Source of the DNA: Candidatus Latescibacterota bacterium
GTDB lineage: Bacteria > Latescibacterota > UBA2968 > GCA-2709665
Length of the DNA stretch: 64,000 nucleotides
Assembly (NCBI GenBank): GCA_965203805.1
Contig: OZ241917.1
Location: forward strand, 4,704,001-4,768,000
Reading direction: 5' to 3'
The position numbers were made by a program, and so were the translations under genes. Below the pieces are notes generated by a model. The model worked only from the letters and a program-made list of their open reading frames with translations. It did no database searches and was not told the origin of the DNA. This document shows positions 50,196-58,521 of the stretch, piece after piece (the first letter of the stretch is position 1; each line of letters opens with the position of its first letter).

Positions 50196-51041
50196 ATGGA
50201 TATCCATGAATCGATCGTCCTTAACGTCCTTGATGAGCCGGTCGAGTCGCTGGTGCGGGAGGATGGCGGCTGGACGAATGTCGTCCTGGAAGTGAACGGG
50301 AAGTGGATATTTCGTTTCGTTCGAGATTTCGCGTGTGCGCAGCTTGCCGTCGAGCAGGCATTTCTGCCCGTGTTCAAGGAATGGTCACCGCTTCCGATCC
50401 CGGAAATACGGTATTCGGGCGCCGGTTTCATTGGCTACAAGAAGATCAAGGGTGTCAAGTTTTCCGAGTCCGTTTTCCACGGTCTCGGCGCGAGTGAGAG
50501 GACAACCCTCGCAACGGCTCTTGGCGATTTTCTGTCCGGTCTCCACGCTGTTTCTTTCGAACACCGGCATCTCAAGGCCGCGCCATTCGGCGGCGGCGAT
50601 TTCTGGCGCGAGTTGTGGCCGTCGGTGGCGCCGCGCCTCCGGGACGACATTCGCCAGAAAGCTCATGACTACTTCCGGCAGGCAATTCCAAGAGTAGAAT
50701 CCGCCGCATACCGGACCGTCGTTACACATTCGGACTTCGGAACCAGCAACGTGCTGATCGATACGGTGCGTTCGAGAATCGCCGGCGTGATTGACTTCGG
50801 CGACATCAGCGTCGGCGATCCGGCGGCTGATTTCGCGACCCTCTATCGCAGGTTCGGGAAGCCGTTTGCCAAGGATATGGTCGATGCCTACAGGCTGCCC
50901 GTGGGGGACGGTTTCTGGACGAGGGTGGACTATGAGGCGAAGCGAAAGCTCTTTTTCGTTCTCTTCTTTGCTCTGAATCACGGATTCGACGAAGACGTTT
51001 CCGGCATTGTCCGTAGCATCGAGTCCCAATTTGCGGATTAA
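50196..51041 (+). CDS. Aminoglycoside phosphotransferase (APH) family protein
   Basis: GGWTNVV, WIFRF, HSDFGTSNVL, GVIDFGD. Confidence 0.87.
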   Translation: MDIHESIVLNVLDEPVESLVREDGGWTNVVLEVNGKWIFRFVRDFACAQLAVEQAFLPVFKEWSPLPIPEIRYSGAGFIGYKKIKGVKFSESVFHGLGASERTTLATALGDFLSGLHAVSFEHRHLKAAPFGGGDFWRELWPSVAPRLRDDIRQKAHDYFRQAIPRVESAAYRTVVTHSDFGTSNVLIDTVRSRIAGVIDFGDISVGDPAADFATLYRRFGKPFAKDMVDAYRLPVGDGFWTRVDYEAKRKLFFVLFFALNHGFDEDVSGIVRSIESQFAD

Positions 51042-51078
51042 TGGGTTTGACATCTACAGTGTTGCCGTTCCCGCGTTG

Positions 51079-51099
51079 GGGCAACCCGTGTGGTTGCCC
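51079..51099. repeat. Second REP-like palindrome type GGGCAACC-N5-GGTTGCCC
   Basis: Perfect 8-bp stem, intergenic; single copy in window. Confidence 0.55.
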
Positions 51100-51144
51100 T
51101 GGCGATAGCGCCGATATTCACGAGCAATCAACACAGGTATTGAA

Positions 51145-51693
51145 ATGCTACCTGAGCTTATTGAAACTGACCGGTTGAAACTCAGGCCGTACAGCCTCGA
51201 AGACGTCGAAGACGTTCTGTCGTACGCAACCGATCCCGAGTGGGCGTTTTATGTGCCTGTACCGAAACCGTATACGAGAGCAGACGCCGGAGAATTCCTG
51301 GCGCGCCAACTGTCACAGGACCGCAATAAGCGTGTGTCATGGGCAATCGAGTATACCGGATCAGCCGTCGGCGGCGTGAATATTGCGTTCGACTTCGGGA
51401 ACCGCGTTGGCACAATCGGCTACAGCATCGCCCGGCGTCTATGGGGAAGGGGACTGACCACGGAAGCCGCCGGCGCCGTGATAGAGGAGGCATTTGCCGC
51501 ATTTCCTGATTTGAATCGCATCCAGGCCACGACCGATGAACGGAACGTCGGTTCTCTGCGGGTCATGGAAAAGCTCGGCATGGTCCGTGAAGGCCTCCTG
51601 CGACAGGACCAATACCTGCGGGGAGAGTTCAGGAACACGGTGTGGTGCGGACTGTTGCGGTGCGAATGGGAGGCAAGCAGATACCGGACGTGA
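51145..51693 (+). CDS. RimJ/RimL-type GNAT acetyltransferase
   Basis: ETDRLKLR, IGYSI, WGRGLTTEA, NVGSLRVMEKLGM. Confidence 0.9.
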   Translation: MLPELIETDRLKLRPYSLEDVEDVLSYATDPEWAFYVPVPKPYTRADAGEFLARQLSQDRNKRVSWAIEYTGSAVGGVNIAFDFGNRVGTIGYSIARRLWGRGLTTEAAGAVIEEAFAAFPDLNRIQATTDERNVGSLRVMEKLGMVREGLLRQDQYLRGEFRNTVWCGLLRCEWEASRYRT

Positions 51694-51745
51694 ACCGGGT
51701 TTACCATCGTGCCGAGAGGATGCCTGATAACCGCCCAAAGCCGTT

Positions 51746-51885
51746 CCCTGAGCTTGCGGTGCCCAGAGCCTGTCGAAGGGTCGAAGGGCCGGCGAGGGGT
51801 GCGTGATGGGTAGCAACGCGCGGGCATTTCGACATTTCGACAAGCTCAATGCAGGCAAGCTTACTTCGGCTGGCTCAGCACAGGC
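51746..51885. repeat. Cluster of nested TTCGACAAGCTC-type mini-repeats
   Basis: Two host copies each interrupted by a 23-24-nt related copy, plus a further variant. Confidence 0.75.
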
Positions 51886-51964
51886 AATGACCGCGCCTGG
51901 ATCTAGAGCGATCAATTCCAGGAATTCAATTGATTCCTTTTGGGAATAATTGAAGAGAAATTCC

Positions 51965-52135
51965 ATGAGTGATCTCAAGAAATACGTTGAGAAGCGCAAA
52001 GCAGAAGACCCCGAATTCGACGAGAATTACGAAAGCGGATATCTGGATTTCAAGACCGGTGCCTTGCTCCGGGAAGCCCGAAAAGAGGCCGGACAGACGG
52101 GGGTTCGAGACCTCCAAACACCTCAGGATACCTGA
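51965..52135 (+). pseudogene. Truncated XRE/HigA-like antitoxin
   Basis: MSDLKKYVEKRKAEDPEF...GALLREARKEAG then unrelated tail and stop where the HTH should begin; no toxin upstream. Confidence 0.7.
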
Positions 52136-52172
52136 ACTCGGCTTCAGAAAAACCAACGGAGGACTCAACGTC

Positions 52173-52901
52173 ATGGTTGAACAGACCGGCAAACCGCTTG
52201 CTGGAAAGGGCGCTGTGATTACCGGCGCCGGGCGCGGCATCGGCCGGGCCATTGCGCTGGGCTACGCCCGGGCGGGCGCATCGGTCTGCTGCGCCGCGAG
52301 GACCGAAAGCGAGATCGAGGAAACCGTACAGGAGATCCGGGCGGAGGGTGGAACCGCGGTCGCGATCCGTACGGACGTATCGGATTGGGCCGATGTCCAG
52401 GCGCTGTTCGATTTTGCGGAATCGCAGCTTTCCGGAATCGACATTGCCGTCCTCAATGCCGGGGTGAACGTCGACCATGGCTCCGTTGAATGCGGCGATC
52501 CGGCCGCCTGGGAGGAGACCATTCGCATCAATCTGCTCGGCGCGTACTATTGCGCGCGGGCGGCGATTCCGGCATTGAAGCGTCGGGGCGGCGGAAAGAT
52601 CATCGCCATGGGCTCCGGCATGGGCCACAGGGGATTCGCGGAGAGCTCGGCCTACTGCTGTTCGAAGGCAGGCCTCTGGATGTTGACGCGCGTTCTCGCG
52701 CAGGAACTTCGGCAGCACAACATCAGCGTGAACGAACTCATTCCGGGACCGGTGCGAACGGATATGGACGCGGTCCTCCACATCGAGGGCGAGTGGTTCA
52801 AGTCTCCGGAAGACGTTGTGCCAATGGCGCTCTTCCTGGCGACGCAGCCCCACGTCGGCCCCACCGCGCAGAGTTACAGCCTGATGCGGCGGGATAACTG
52901 A
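52173..52901 (+). CDS. SDR family oxidoreductase
   Basis: TGAGRGIG, LNAG, YCCSK, PGPVRT; GGAGG RBS. Confidence 0.9.
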   Translation: MVEQTGKPLAGKGAVITGAGRGIGRAIALGYARAGASVCCAARTESEIEETVQEIRAEGGTAVAIRTDVSDWADVQALFDFAESQLSGIDIAVLNAGVNVDHGSVECGDPAAWEETIRINLLGAYYCARAAIPALKRRGGGKIIAMGSGMGHRGFAESSAYCCSKAGLWMLTRVLAQELRQHNISVNELIPGPVRTDMDAVLHIEGEWFKSPEDVVPMALFLATQPHVGPTAQSYSLMRRDN

Positions 52902-53920
52902 TGGGCGCGGAACTGGCCTCAATGAAGGATATCCGGACCCTATTCCACGAAAAGCCGGATGTCTCGCGGTCCCGGATCGATGCGCTCCTCGAGAAACACG
53001 GCTTCAGTTCGTCCCGGTCTTTCAAGCGGCTGGATGCGACGAATTTCACCAACCAGATGTTCCTGGCGAATACCCTGCACCACGGTCGCATCATCCTGAA
53101 AACACAATTCCGGCAGACCTCCGGTTTCAGTCTGAAAAACGAGTTCATCGCCACGCGGGCACTTCAGAACGCCCCCGGGGTTCCTGTATCCGAGTCCGTT
53201 GTGTACGACGGCGACGGGAATCCGCTTCCGTTTGAATGTCTCCTGATCCCGCGCGAACCTGGTGAGCAGGGTACTGGCATCTACAATAGCGCGTCCCGGG
53301 CGCAAAGACTGCGGCTGGGCGCCATGCTGGGAGAGACCCTGGCGCGCGTGCACAACCAGCGGTGTCCGGAATTGCTTCAAGCTGAGAATACGAGAGACCT
53401 GGCGTGTTGGGAGGGGACGGTCCGGGACGCGCTATTCGGAGACGAAGCGCTGGCTTCTTCGATTGAGGCGACGCTTCCTGAATTGTGGAACAGGCTGCTG
53501 GCCGCCCTGGAGCCCGCGCCCGACGTCCGGATACACGGCGGCAACGTCTTCCTGTGGGGAGAACCGGGGCTGCATAACGTGCTCGTGGAGAACGGCGGTT
53601 CTCTGCGGATCACAAACGTCCGCGACTTCCAGTCGGCCGGATGGGGAACGGCGGTCCACGACCTGCAGCAGGTGGAAGGCGAAGCCGTGGCCGGGCCGGA
53701 TTCGGATCACTATGAACCCGGATATGTCGATGAATTTCGATCATCCTACCGGGCCGCTATCGAAAAACCGGTCGCGACCCTGTCAGCTGAAGAGGAAAAG
53801 CTGCTTGCAGTTGTCAAGAACATCTGCGGGATCAGGTTTTTCTGGGACTGCGGTCGCCTGCTCCACCCCGGGACGCCTGCATTCCTGGGCGCGGCGGTAA
53901 GCGATCTGGAGAGTCTCTAA
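52901..53920 (+). CDS. APH/choline kinase-like fold protein with altered catalytic motif
   Basis: IILK, LARVH, LWGEPGLHNVLV (HGD replaced by WGE), RDFQSAGWG. Confidence 0.65.
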   Translation: MGAELASMKDIRTLFHEKPDVSRSRIDALLEKHGFSSSRSFKRLDATNFTNQMFLANTLHHGRIILKTQFRQTSGFSLKNEFIATRALQNAPGVPVSESVVYDGDGNPLPFECLLIPREPGEQGTGIYNSASRAQRLRLGAMLGETLARVHNQRCPELLQAENTRDLACWEGTVRDALFGDEALASSIEATLPELWNRLLAALEPAPDVRIHGGNVFLWGEPGLHNVLVENGGSLRITNVRDFQSAGWGTAVHDLQQVEGEAVAGPDSDHYEPGYVDEFRSSYRAAIEKPVATLSAEEEKLLAVVKNICGIRFFWDCGRLLHPGTPAFLGAAVSDLESL

Positions 53921-54049
53921 GGCACGGCATCGTCCACCGACAAGCCCCTGGGGCATGTATCCCCTCTGCCCGTCGACCTCCCCCCAGGGGGAGTCAAATA
54001 ACCTCGGCGCCGACTTCGATATTTCGGTCCCGTCGGAGACATCTGAAGG

Positions 54050-54856
54050 ATGTCCGAATTGCGGATAGGGCTCGTTTCCATCCCGGTGGAAGAGAATGCG
54101 TTTTCGGACAATCTGAATGCGGCCAGTGCCGTGCTTGAGGAGGGAGCGAACGACGGAATTGACCTGTTCGTTTTCGGCGAAGCGGCGTTGACCGGTCTGG
54201 ACATTGATAAAGCGCGGATTCGTGGCGCCCCGGATACGTCGGAAGCGTTACGGGCCGTCAACAGCCTGACGGAGGACTTTTCTACCTCCATATGCACAGG
54301 ATTTGTTGAGCGGGAAGCTGACCGATATTATCTGACACACTGCCTGTCGTCAGACGGGAGACTTTGCGGCATTCAACGGAAAGTCTTCGCGGGAAACCCG
54401 ACCCGTCCGCATTCTTTCGCATCCGGAAAGGAGATTCGTCCGATTCCCTTTCGCGGGTTCTATATCGTGATCCTGGCCTGTGCGGACTGGCTGTTGCCTG
54501 AAACCGTGATGGCGGCGGGGCAGCATGAGCCCGGCCTGATTCTGGCTCCGACGGATCAGTATTCCTGGACACCCCACAATCGGTCGGTCCTGCACAAAGC
54601 CGGTCAATCCGCATCCTTCTGGCTGCAGGCGCCGTTGATAGCAGCGTTCGGTTCCTATGCCGCGCCAGAGGCCGAAACGGGCGAAGTCTTCGCTTGTCTC
54701 GCGTTCGACAACCGGGGAGACGAATTGATCAAGACGTCGAGACAATTCGGGGAGATTACGGTCCACACCATAGACGTGGAAATCCGGAAAGCGCAACGGA
54801 AGTGGGGTGGGTTTCGGGAGCGGAAGAAATATCTCGACTCTGTCCGACCTGGTTGA
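54050..54856 (+). CDS. Carbon-nitrogen hydrolase (nitrilase superfamily)
   Basis: Glu-Lys-Cys triad: FGEAALTG, QRK, LACAD. Confidence 0.82.
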   Translation: MSELRIGLVSIPVEENAFSDNLNAASAVLEEGANDGIDLFVFGEAALTGLDIDKARIRGAPDTSEALRAVNSLTEDFSTSICTGFVEREADRYYLTHCLSSDGRLCGIQRKVFAGNPTRPHSFASGKEIRPIPFRGFYIVILACADWLLPETVMAAGQHEPGLILAPTDQYSWTPHNRSVLHKAGQSASFWLQAPLIAAFGSYAAPEAETGEVFACLAFDNRGDELIKTSRQFGEITVHTIDVEIRKAQRKWGGFRERKKYLDSVRPG

Positions 54857-54952
54857 TTCGGGAGTTGTGACGGTTGGCTGCTTTATTCGGAAATCAATCA
54901 ACTCCCTTTCCGTAGAATGGCTCGTCGAGCCAATTAGAAAACGTCGTGAAAG

Positions 54953-54977
54953 GTGGGGCGGACATTCCTGTCTGCCC
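54953..54977. repeat. REP-like palindrome
   Basis: GTG-GGGCGGAC-ATTCCT-GTCTGCCC. Confidence 0.85.
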
Positions 54978-55048
54978 ATCTCATCGAGGTGAACACAACG
55001 CTTGATGCGCAGCGGCGAAGACCCGTATCACCTCCAGGAGATTCCTGA

Positions 55049-55789
55049 ATGGAACGCTACGACGCATACGACGCGATTGCCGGGGTCTACAACCGGCACT
55101 GGGGATACTTCGCGGACCGGATCTACCCGGTGCTGCACCGCCTGGTACTGCGGGACCTCCCGCCCGGTTGCGCCGTTCTGGATCTCTGCTGCGGTACCGG
55201 GCAGCTTGCCGCGGTGCTTTCCGATAGAGGGTACGTCGTTACGGGTGTGGATGGTTCCGAAGGGATGATCGAAATTGCGCGGAGAAACGCGCCGGACGCT
55301 GAATTCCTCGTCCAGGACGTACGCGACAGCTCTCTGACCGGCCGTTTTGCGGCGGTGTTCTCCACCTTTGACAGCCTGAACCACGTGATGAGCCTGGACG
55401 AACTGGAGCAGGTCTTTCGAAACGTGAACGCCGTGCTGGAAGACGGCTGCTGCTTCGTATTCGACCTGAACATGGAAGAGGCATATCTGTCGCGATGGCG
55501 CGGCAGTTTCGGCATGGTTGAGGATGACCTAGTGTGCGTGGCCCGATCGTCGAGAGACGAGAAGGAGAGGACCGGCCGGATGGACCTGACCGTGTTCGAA
55601 CTCATCGGAGAAGACTGGAAACGCACGGACGTTCCCCTTCTGCAGCGCTGGTATCCCGAGCGCGACATCAGAGAGCGGCTCCTAAACGCCGGGTTTGAAG
55701 GAAGCCGGACGTTTGACGGCGGCGACCCGAAATTGGAGGGATTGCCGGATTACTCGGGAAGGATGTTCTTCGTGGCGAGAAAACCGTAG
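55049..55789 (+). CDS. Class I SAM-dependent methyltransferase
   Basis: VLDLCCGTG, GVDGS, FDSLNH, FVFD. Confidence 0.9.
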   Translation: MERYDAYDAIAGVYNRHWGYFADRIYPVLHRLVLRDLPPGCAVLDLCCGTGQLAAVLSDRGYVVTGVDGSEGMIEIARRNAPDAEFLVQDVRDSSLTGRFAAVFSTFDSLNHVMSLDELEQVFRNVNAVLEDGCCFVFDLNMEEAYLSRWRGSFGMVEDDLVCVARSSRDEKERTGRMDLTVFELIGEDWKRTDVPLLQRWYPERDIRERLLNAGFEGSRTFDGGDPKLEGLPDYSGRMFFVARKP

Positions 55790-55817
55790 GGTCTCCGGTT
55801 CCGATAATGTGCGGCAT

Positions 55818-55836
55818 GTGTCGCAATTTGCGACAC
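55818..55836. promoter_or_regulatory. Perfect palindrome, candidate activator binding site
   Basis: GTGTCGCAA-T-TTGCGACAC; near copy at 58232-58248. Confidence 0.55.
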
Positions 55837-56050
55837 CAGGGTCGGAGAATATCGTACTCGATCCGGCCGCGTCGAATTGAGGATCGGTCAACGAAGCGTG
55901 TGCAGGGGTGAGCCTGCCCGCACGTGTGGGCGACAGCGGGAGACGCGTTGAATACCGGGCTGAGAGGGGAGAGGACCGCCGTCTGTGTCGAGGCCGAGAC
56001 GCCCTCCATACAGGGACGTTGGGGCTCTCAGCCCGGATGGCGCCAGTGGA

Positions 56051-58000
56051 TTAATCACGTACCTGGTTGTATTTCTTCAGTTTGCGGTGCAGGGTTGCGC
56101 GATGGATGCCAAGTGCATTCGCAGCGCGCGTAACATTGTTGCCGGCAACTTCCAGGGCCAGGAGTACTGCTTGTCGTTCAACCTCCGCGAGTGAAAGCGA
56201 CGCCGTCCTCTTCGGGCTGTCCTGTCCGGAAGTGATCGCGGGAGTTAGTTGAGGCGGCAGATTGCCAACCTGAATCACCGGGCTCGTTTCCAGAAGCACA
56301 GCTCGTTCGATGGCATTTTTAAGTTCGCGCACGTTGCCGGGCCAATCGTACTGCAACAGCAGGCGAAGGGCGTACGTGGAGATGCCGTCGAAGGATTTGT
56401 TCAGGCGATTGGCGAATTCTTCAATGAAATGTTCGGCGAGCGCTGGAATGTCCTCCTTTCGTTCCCTTAAGGGCGGAATCACAATGGGAAACGCCGCGAC
56501 GCGATAGAACAGGTCTTCGCGGAATTCGCCCGCCTTCACGGCACGCTCCAGGTCCTTATTGGTTGCCGCTATCACCCTGATGTCGACGGATACGGGAGCG
56601 GTTCCACCAATTCGCTGGATTTCGCGCTCCTGCAAAACGCGTAACAGCGTGCCCTGAAGCGGGTAGGGCAGGTTGCCAATTTCGTCGATAAGGATCGTAC
56701 CCCCGTCTGCGCGTTCGAAGGCCCCGACTCTCCTTGTGGTTGCACCCGTGAATGCGCCCTTCTCGTGTCCGAACAATTCACTTTCGATCAGCGTTTCGGG
56801 AATGGTAGCGCAATCCAATGCCACAAACGGACCACTCTTCCTCCAACTGTTGAAGTGAAATGACCTTGCCACGAGCTCTTTGCCGGTACCGCTTTCGCCC
56901 TGTATCAGCACCGTAATGTCGCTTTCCGCGGCCTGTTTCATCAGTGCGAACACGGTATGCATGCCCTTGCTGGTTCCTACCAAACCGGCAAACGAATACG
57001 TCGTTTCCAATTCAGTGCGCAGGCGCTGTACCTCGGCCTTCATCTGCTCGGCGTCGATTGCCGTGGATACGTCCCGATACAGAACGAGGTTGCCAATGAC
57101 GTGCCCGCGTTCGTCGGTCACAGGCGCGGTTGAGCGGTAGAATAGGCGCTGCCTGGGCAGTCCGTCGGCGCCGGTTGTTTCCACGACGTCCTCGCGGTCA
57201 AGGGGAAGACTGCCGTCCGTGCGGCTCAGGTCAGGTTTCCTGAACCGTTCCGTGAAACGTGCAAGAAGATCGTCCGGTGAAATCCTCTCCAGTTCGATAT
57301 TCTCCAGACCCATGAGTTGCTGGTACATTCCATTGGCGAATACCAGGCGTCCTGTGACGTCCTGCATTGCAATCGCATCGCCTGTGGCATTCAAGACTGC
57401 TTCCAGTCTTGAATTGCTGGTGGCAAGTTGCCGCCTTTGTTTCGCCAACTCTTGCTCGACGTTCCACTTTCCAACCAGCGACAAGGTAATTTGCTGAATT
57501 TCCTCGTGGGTAAATGGTTTTCTTATATAGAGGAGCTTATGCAGCAATTCCATGTCATAGACGACCTCAGGAAGAGACATATCGGTATACGCCGTCATAA
57601 TAACGATTTCGATGTCCCGATCGACTTCTCTCACCCTGCGCACCGTTTCGATGCCATCGATTCCAGGAGGCATTCGAATGTCTATATAGGCGACAGCAAC
57701 GGGTCGATTCGATTGTTTCCCCTCCCTGATTACGTCGTATGCTTCCTGTCCATTGCTCGCGTGCAGCAGTTCGAACTCTGGAAGATAACGCCCTTCCTGC
57801 TCGCGGACGAATGCAGCCGCCAGATCGTCGGCCGAACGGCTCGCAATACTTGAACCCAGCATTTCTACAAAGTCGTCGTGTATCTCGGGCTGATCATCGA
57901 CAATCAGTACCCGGTTGTTGCCGTGATTAAAGGTTTCCATCGACCACCCTGGTCCCCGACCGGTTGACAAGCTATCTGAAAACGGAGCATCCATATTCAT
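56051..58000 (-). CDS. Sigma54-dependent response regulator (REC-PAS-AAA+-Fis HTH)
   Basis: [49 protein letters not shown]. Confidence 0.93.
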   Translation of the reverse strand: MNMDAPFSDSLSTGRGPGWSMETFNHGNNRVLIVDDQPEIHDDFVEMLGSSIASRSADDLAAAFVREQEGRYLPEFELLHASNGQEAYDVIREGKQSNRPVAVAYIDIRMPPGIDGIETVRRVREVDRDIEIVIMTAYTDMSLPEVVYDMELLHKLLYIRKPFTHEEIQQITLSLVGKWNVEQELAKQRRQLATSNSRLEAVLNATGDAIAMQDVTGRLVFANGMYQQLMGLENIELERISPDDLLARFTERFRKPDLSRTDGSLPLDREDVVETTGADGLPRQRLFYRSTAPVTDERGHVIGNLVLYRDVSTAIDAEQMKAEVQRLRTELETTYSFAGLVGTSKGMHTVFALMKQAAESDITVLIQGESGTGKELVARSFHFNSWRKSGPFVALDCATIPETLIESELFGHEKGAFTGATTRRVGAFERADGGTILIDEIGNLPYPLQGTLLRVLQEREIQRIGGTAPVSVDIRVIAATNKDLERAVKAGEFREDLFYRVAAFPIVIPPLRERKEDIPALAEHFIEEFANRLNKSFDGISTYALRLLLQYDWPGNVRELKNAIERAVLLETSPVIQVGNLPPQLTPAITSGQDSPKRTASLSLAEVERQAVLLALEVAGNNVTRAANALGIHRATLHRKLKKYNQVRD

Positions 58001-58020
58001 CCCGCCCTACGCGCTTTTCC

Positions 58021-58063
58021 GCACAATTCGTGCCAACAACTCTCGAATGCAATCAATTTATTG
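58021..58063 (-). promoter_or_regulatory. Sigma54 -24/-12 promoter with adjacent IHF site
   Basis: TTGGCACGAATTGTGC (GG-N10-GC) 58036-58021; AATCAATTTATTG (WATCAA-N4-TTR) 58051-58063. Confidence 0.75.
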
Positions 58064-58521
58064 AATATTAGGGAGTTAGATGGTTCGAACGACTTACGTC
58101 GAATTTCCTGGGTGTTGTACAATGCGCCGATTCGAGTCGCGCCAATGCGCATGCGCCATCCTCGAAGAATCGACTATAACTATTTGTTTTTTATTAATAT
58201 GTGAGGATTTTTCGCAACTCTTCTTATGGAATGTGGCAATTTGCTACTGAAGTCGTCTTTTGCAACGCCGCGGCGGGGGTTTTTCCCTCGCAATCCATTC
58301 AGCCATTCAGCGTCGATTGCCAACCCGTAGCGGACCGCTGTCGTTCAGATCCATGGGCGACGGTGACACGAATCCGAAAAAGGCGGAAGTGCGGAAATCG
58401 GCGACGCCTCCAAACGAGAATCCAGGACCGTACGTAATGCCAAAATTACCAACTCTGCAGTACTCGCCGGAGCGGTGGTTCCCTGCGGACCGGAACTGTG
58501 CACGGGGCGTTCCTTTAGTGG

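Noticed and set aside
41388-51041. AAC(3) and APH genes as true antibiotic-resistance determinants
   Set aside because: Family motifs alone do not show aminoglycoside specificity, and there is no mobile-element context
34909-55789. Integron cassette array
   Set aside because: No integrase and no RYYYAAC...GTTRRRY attC-type hairpins seen in the spacers examined
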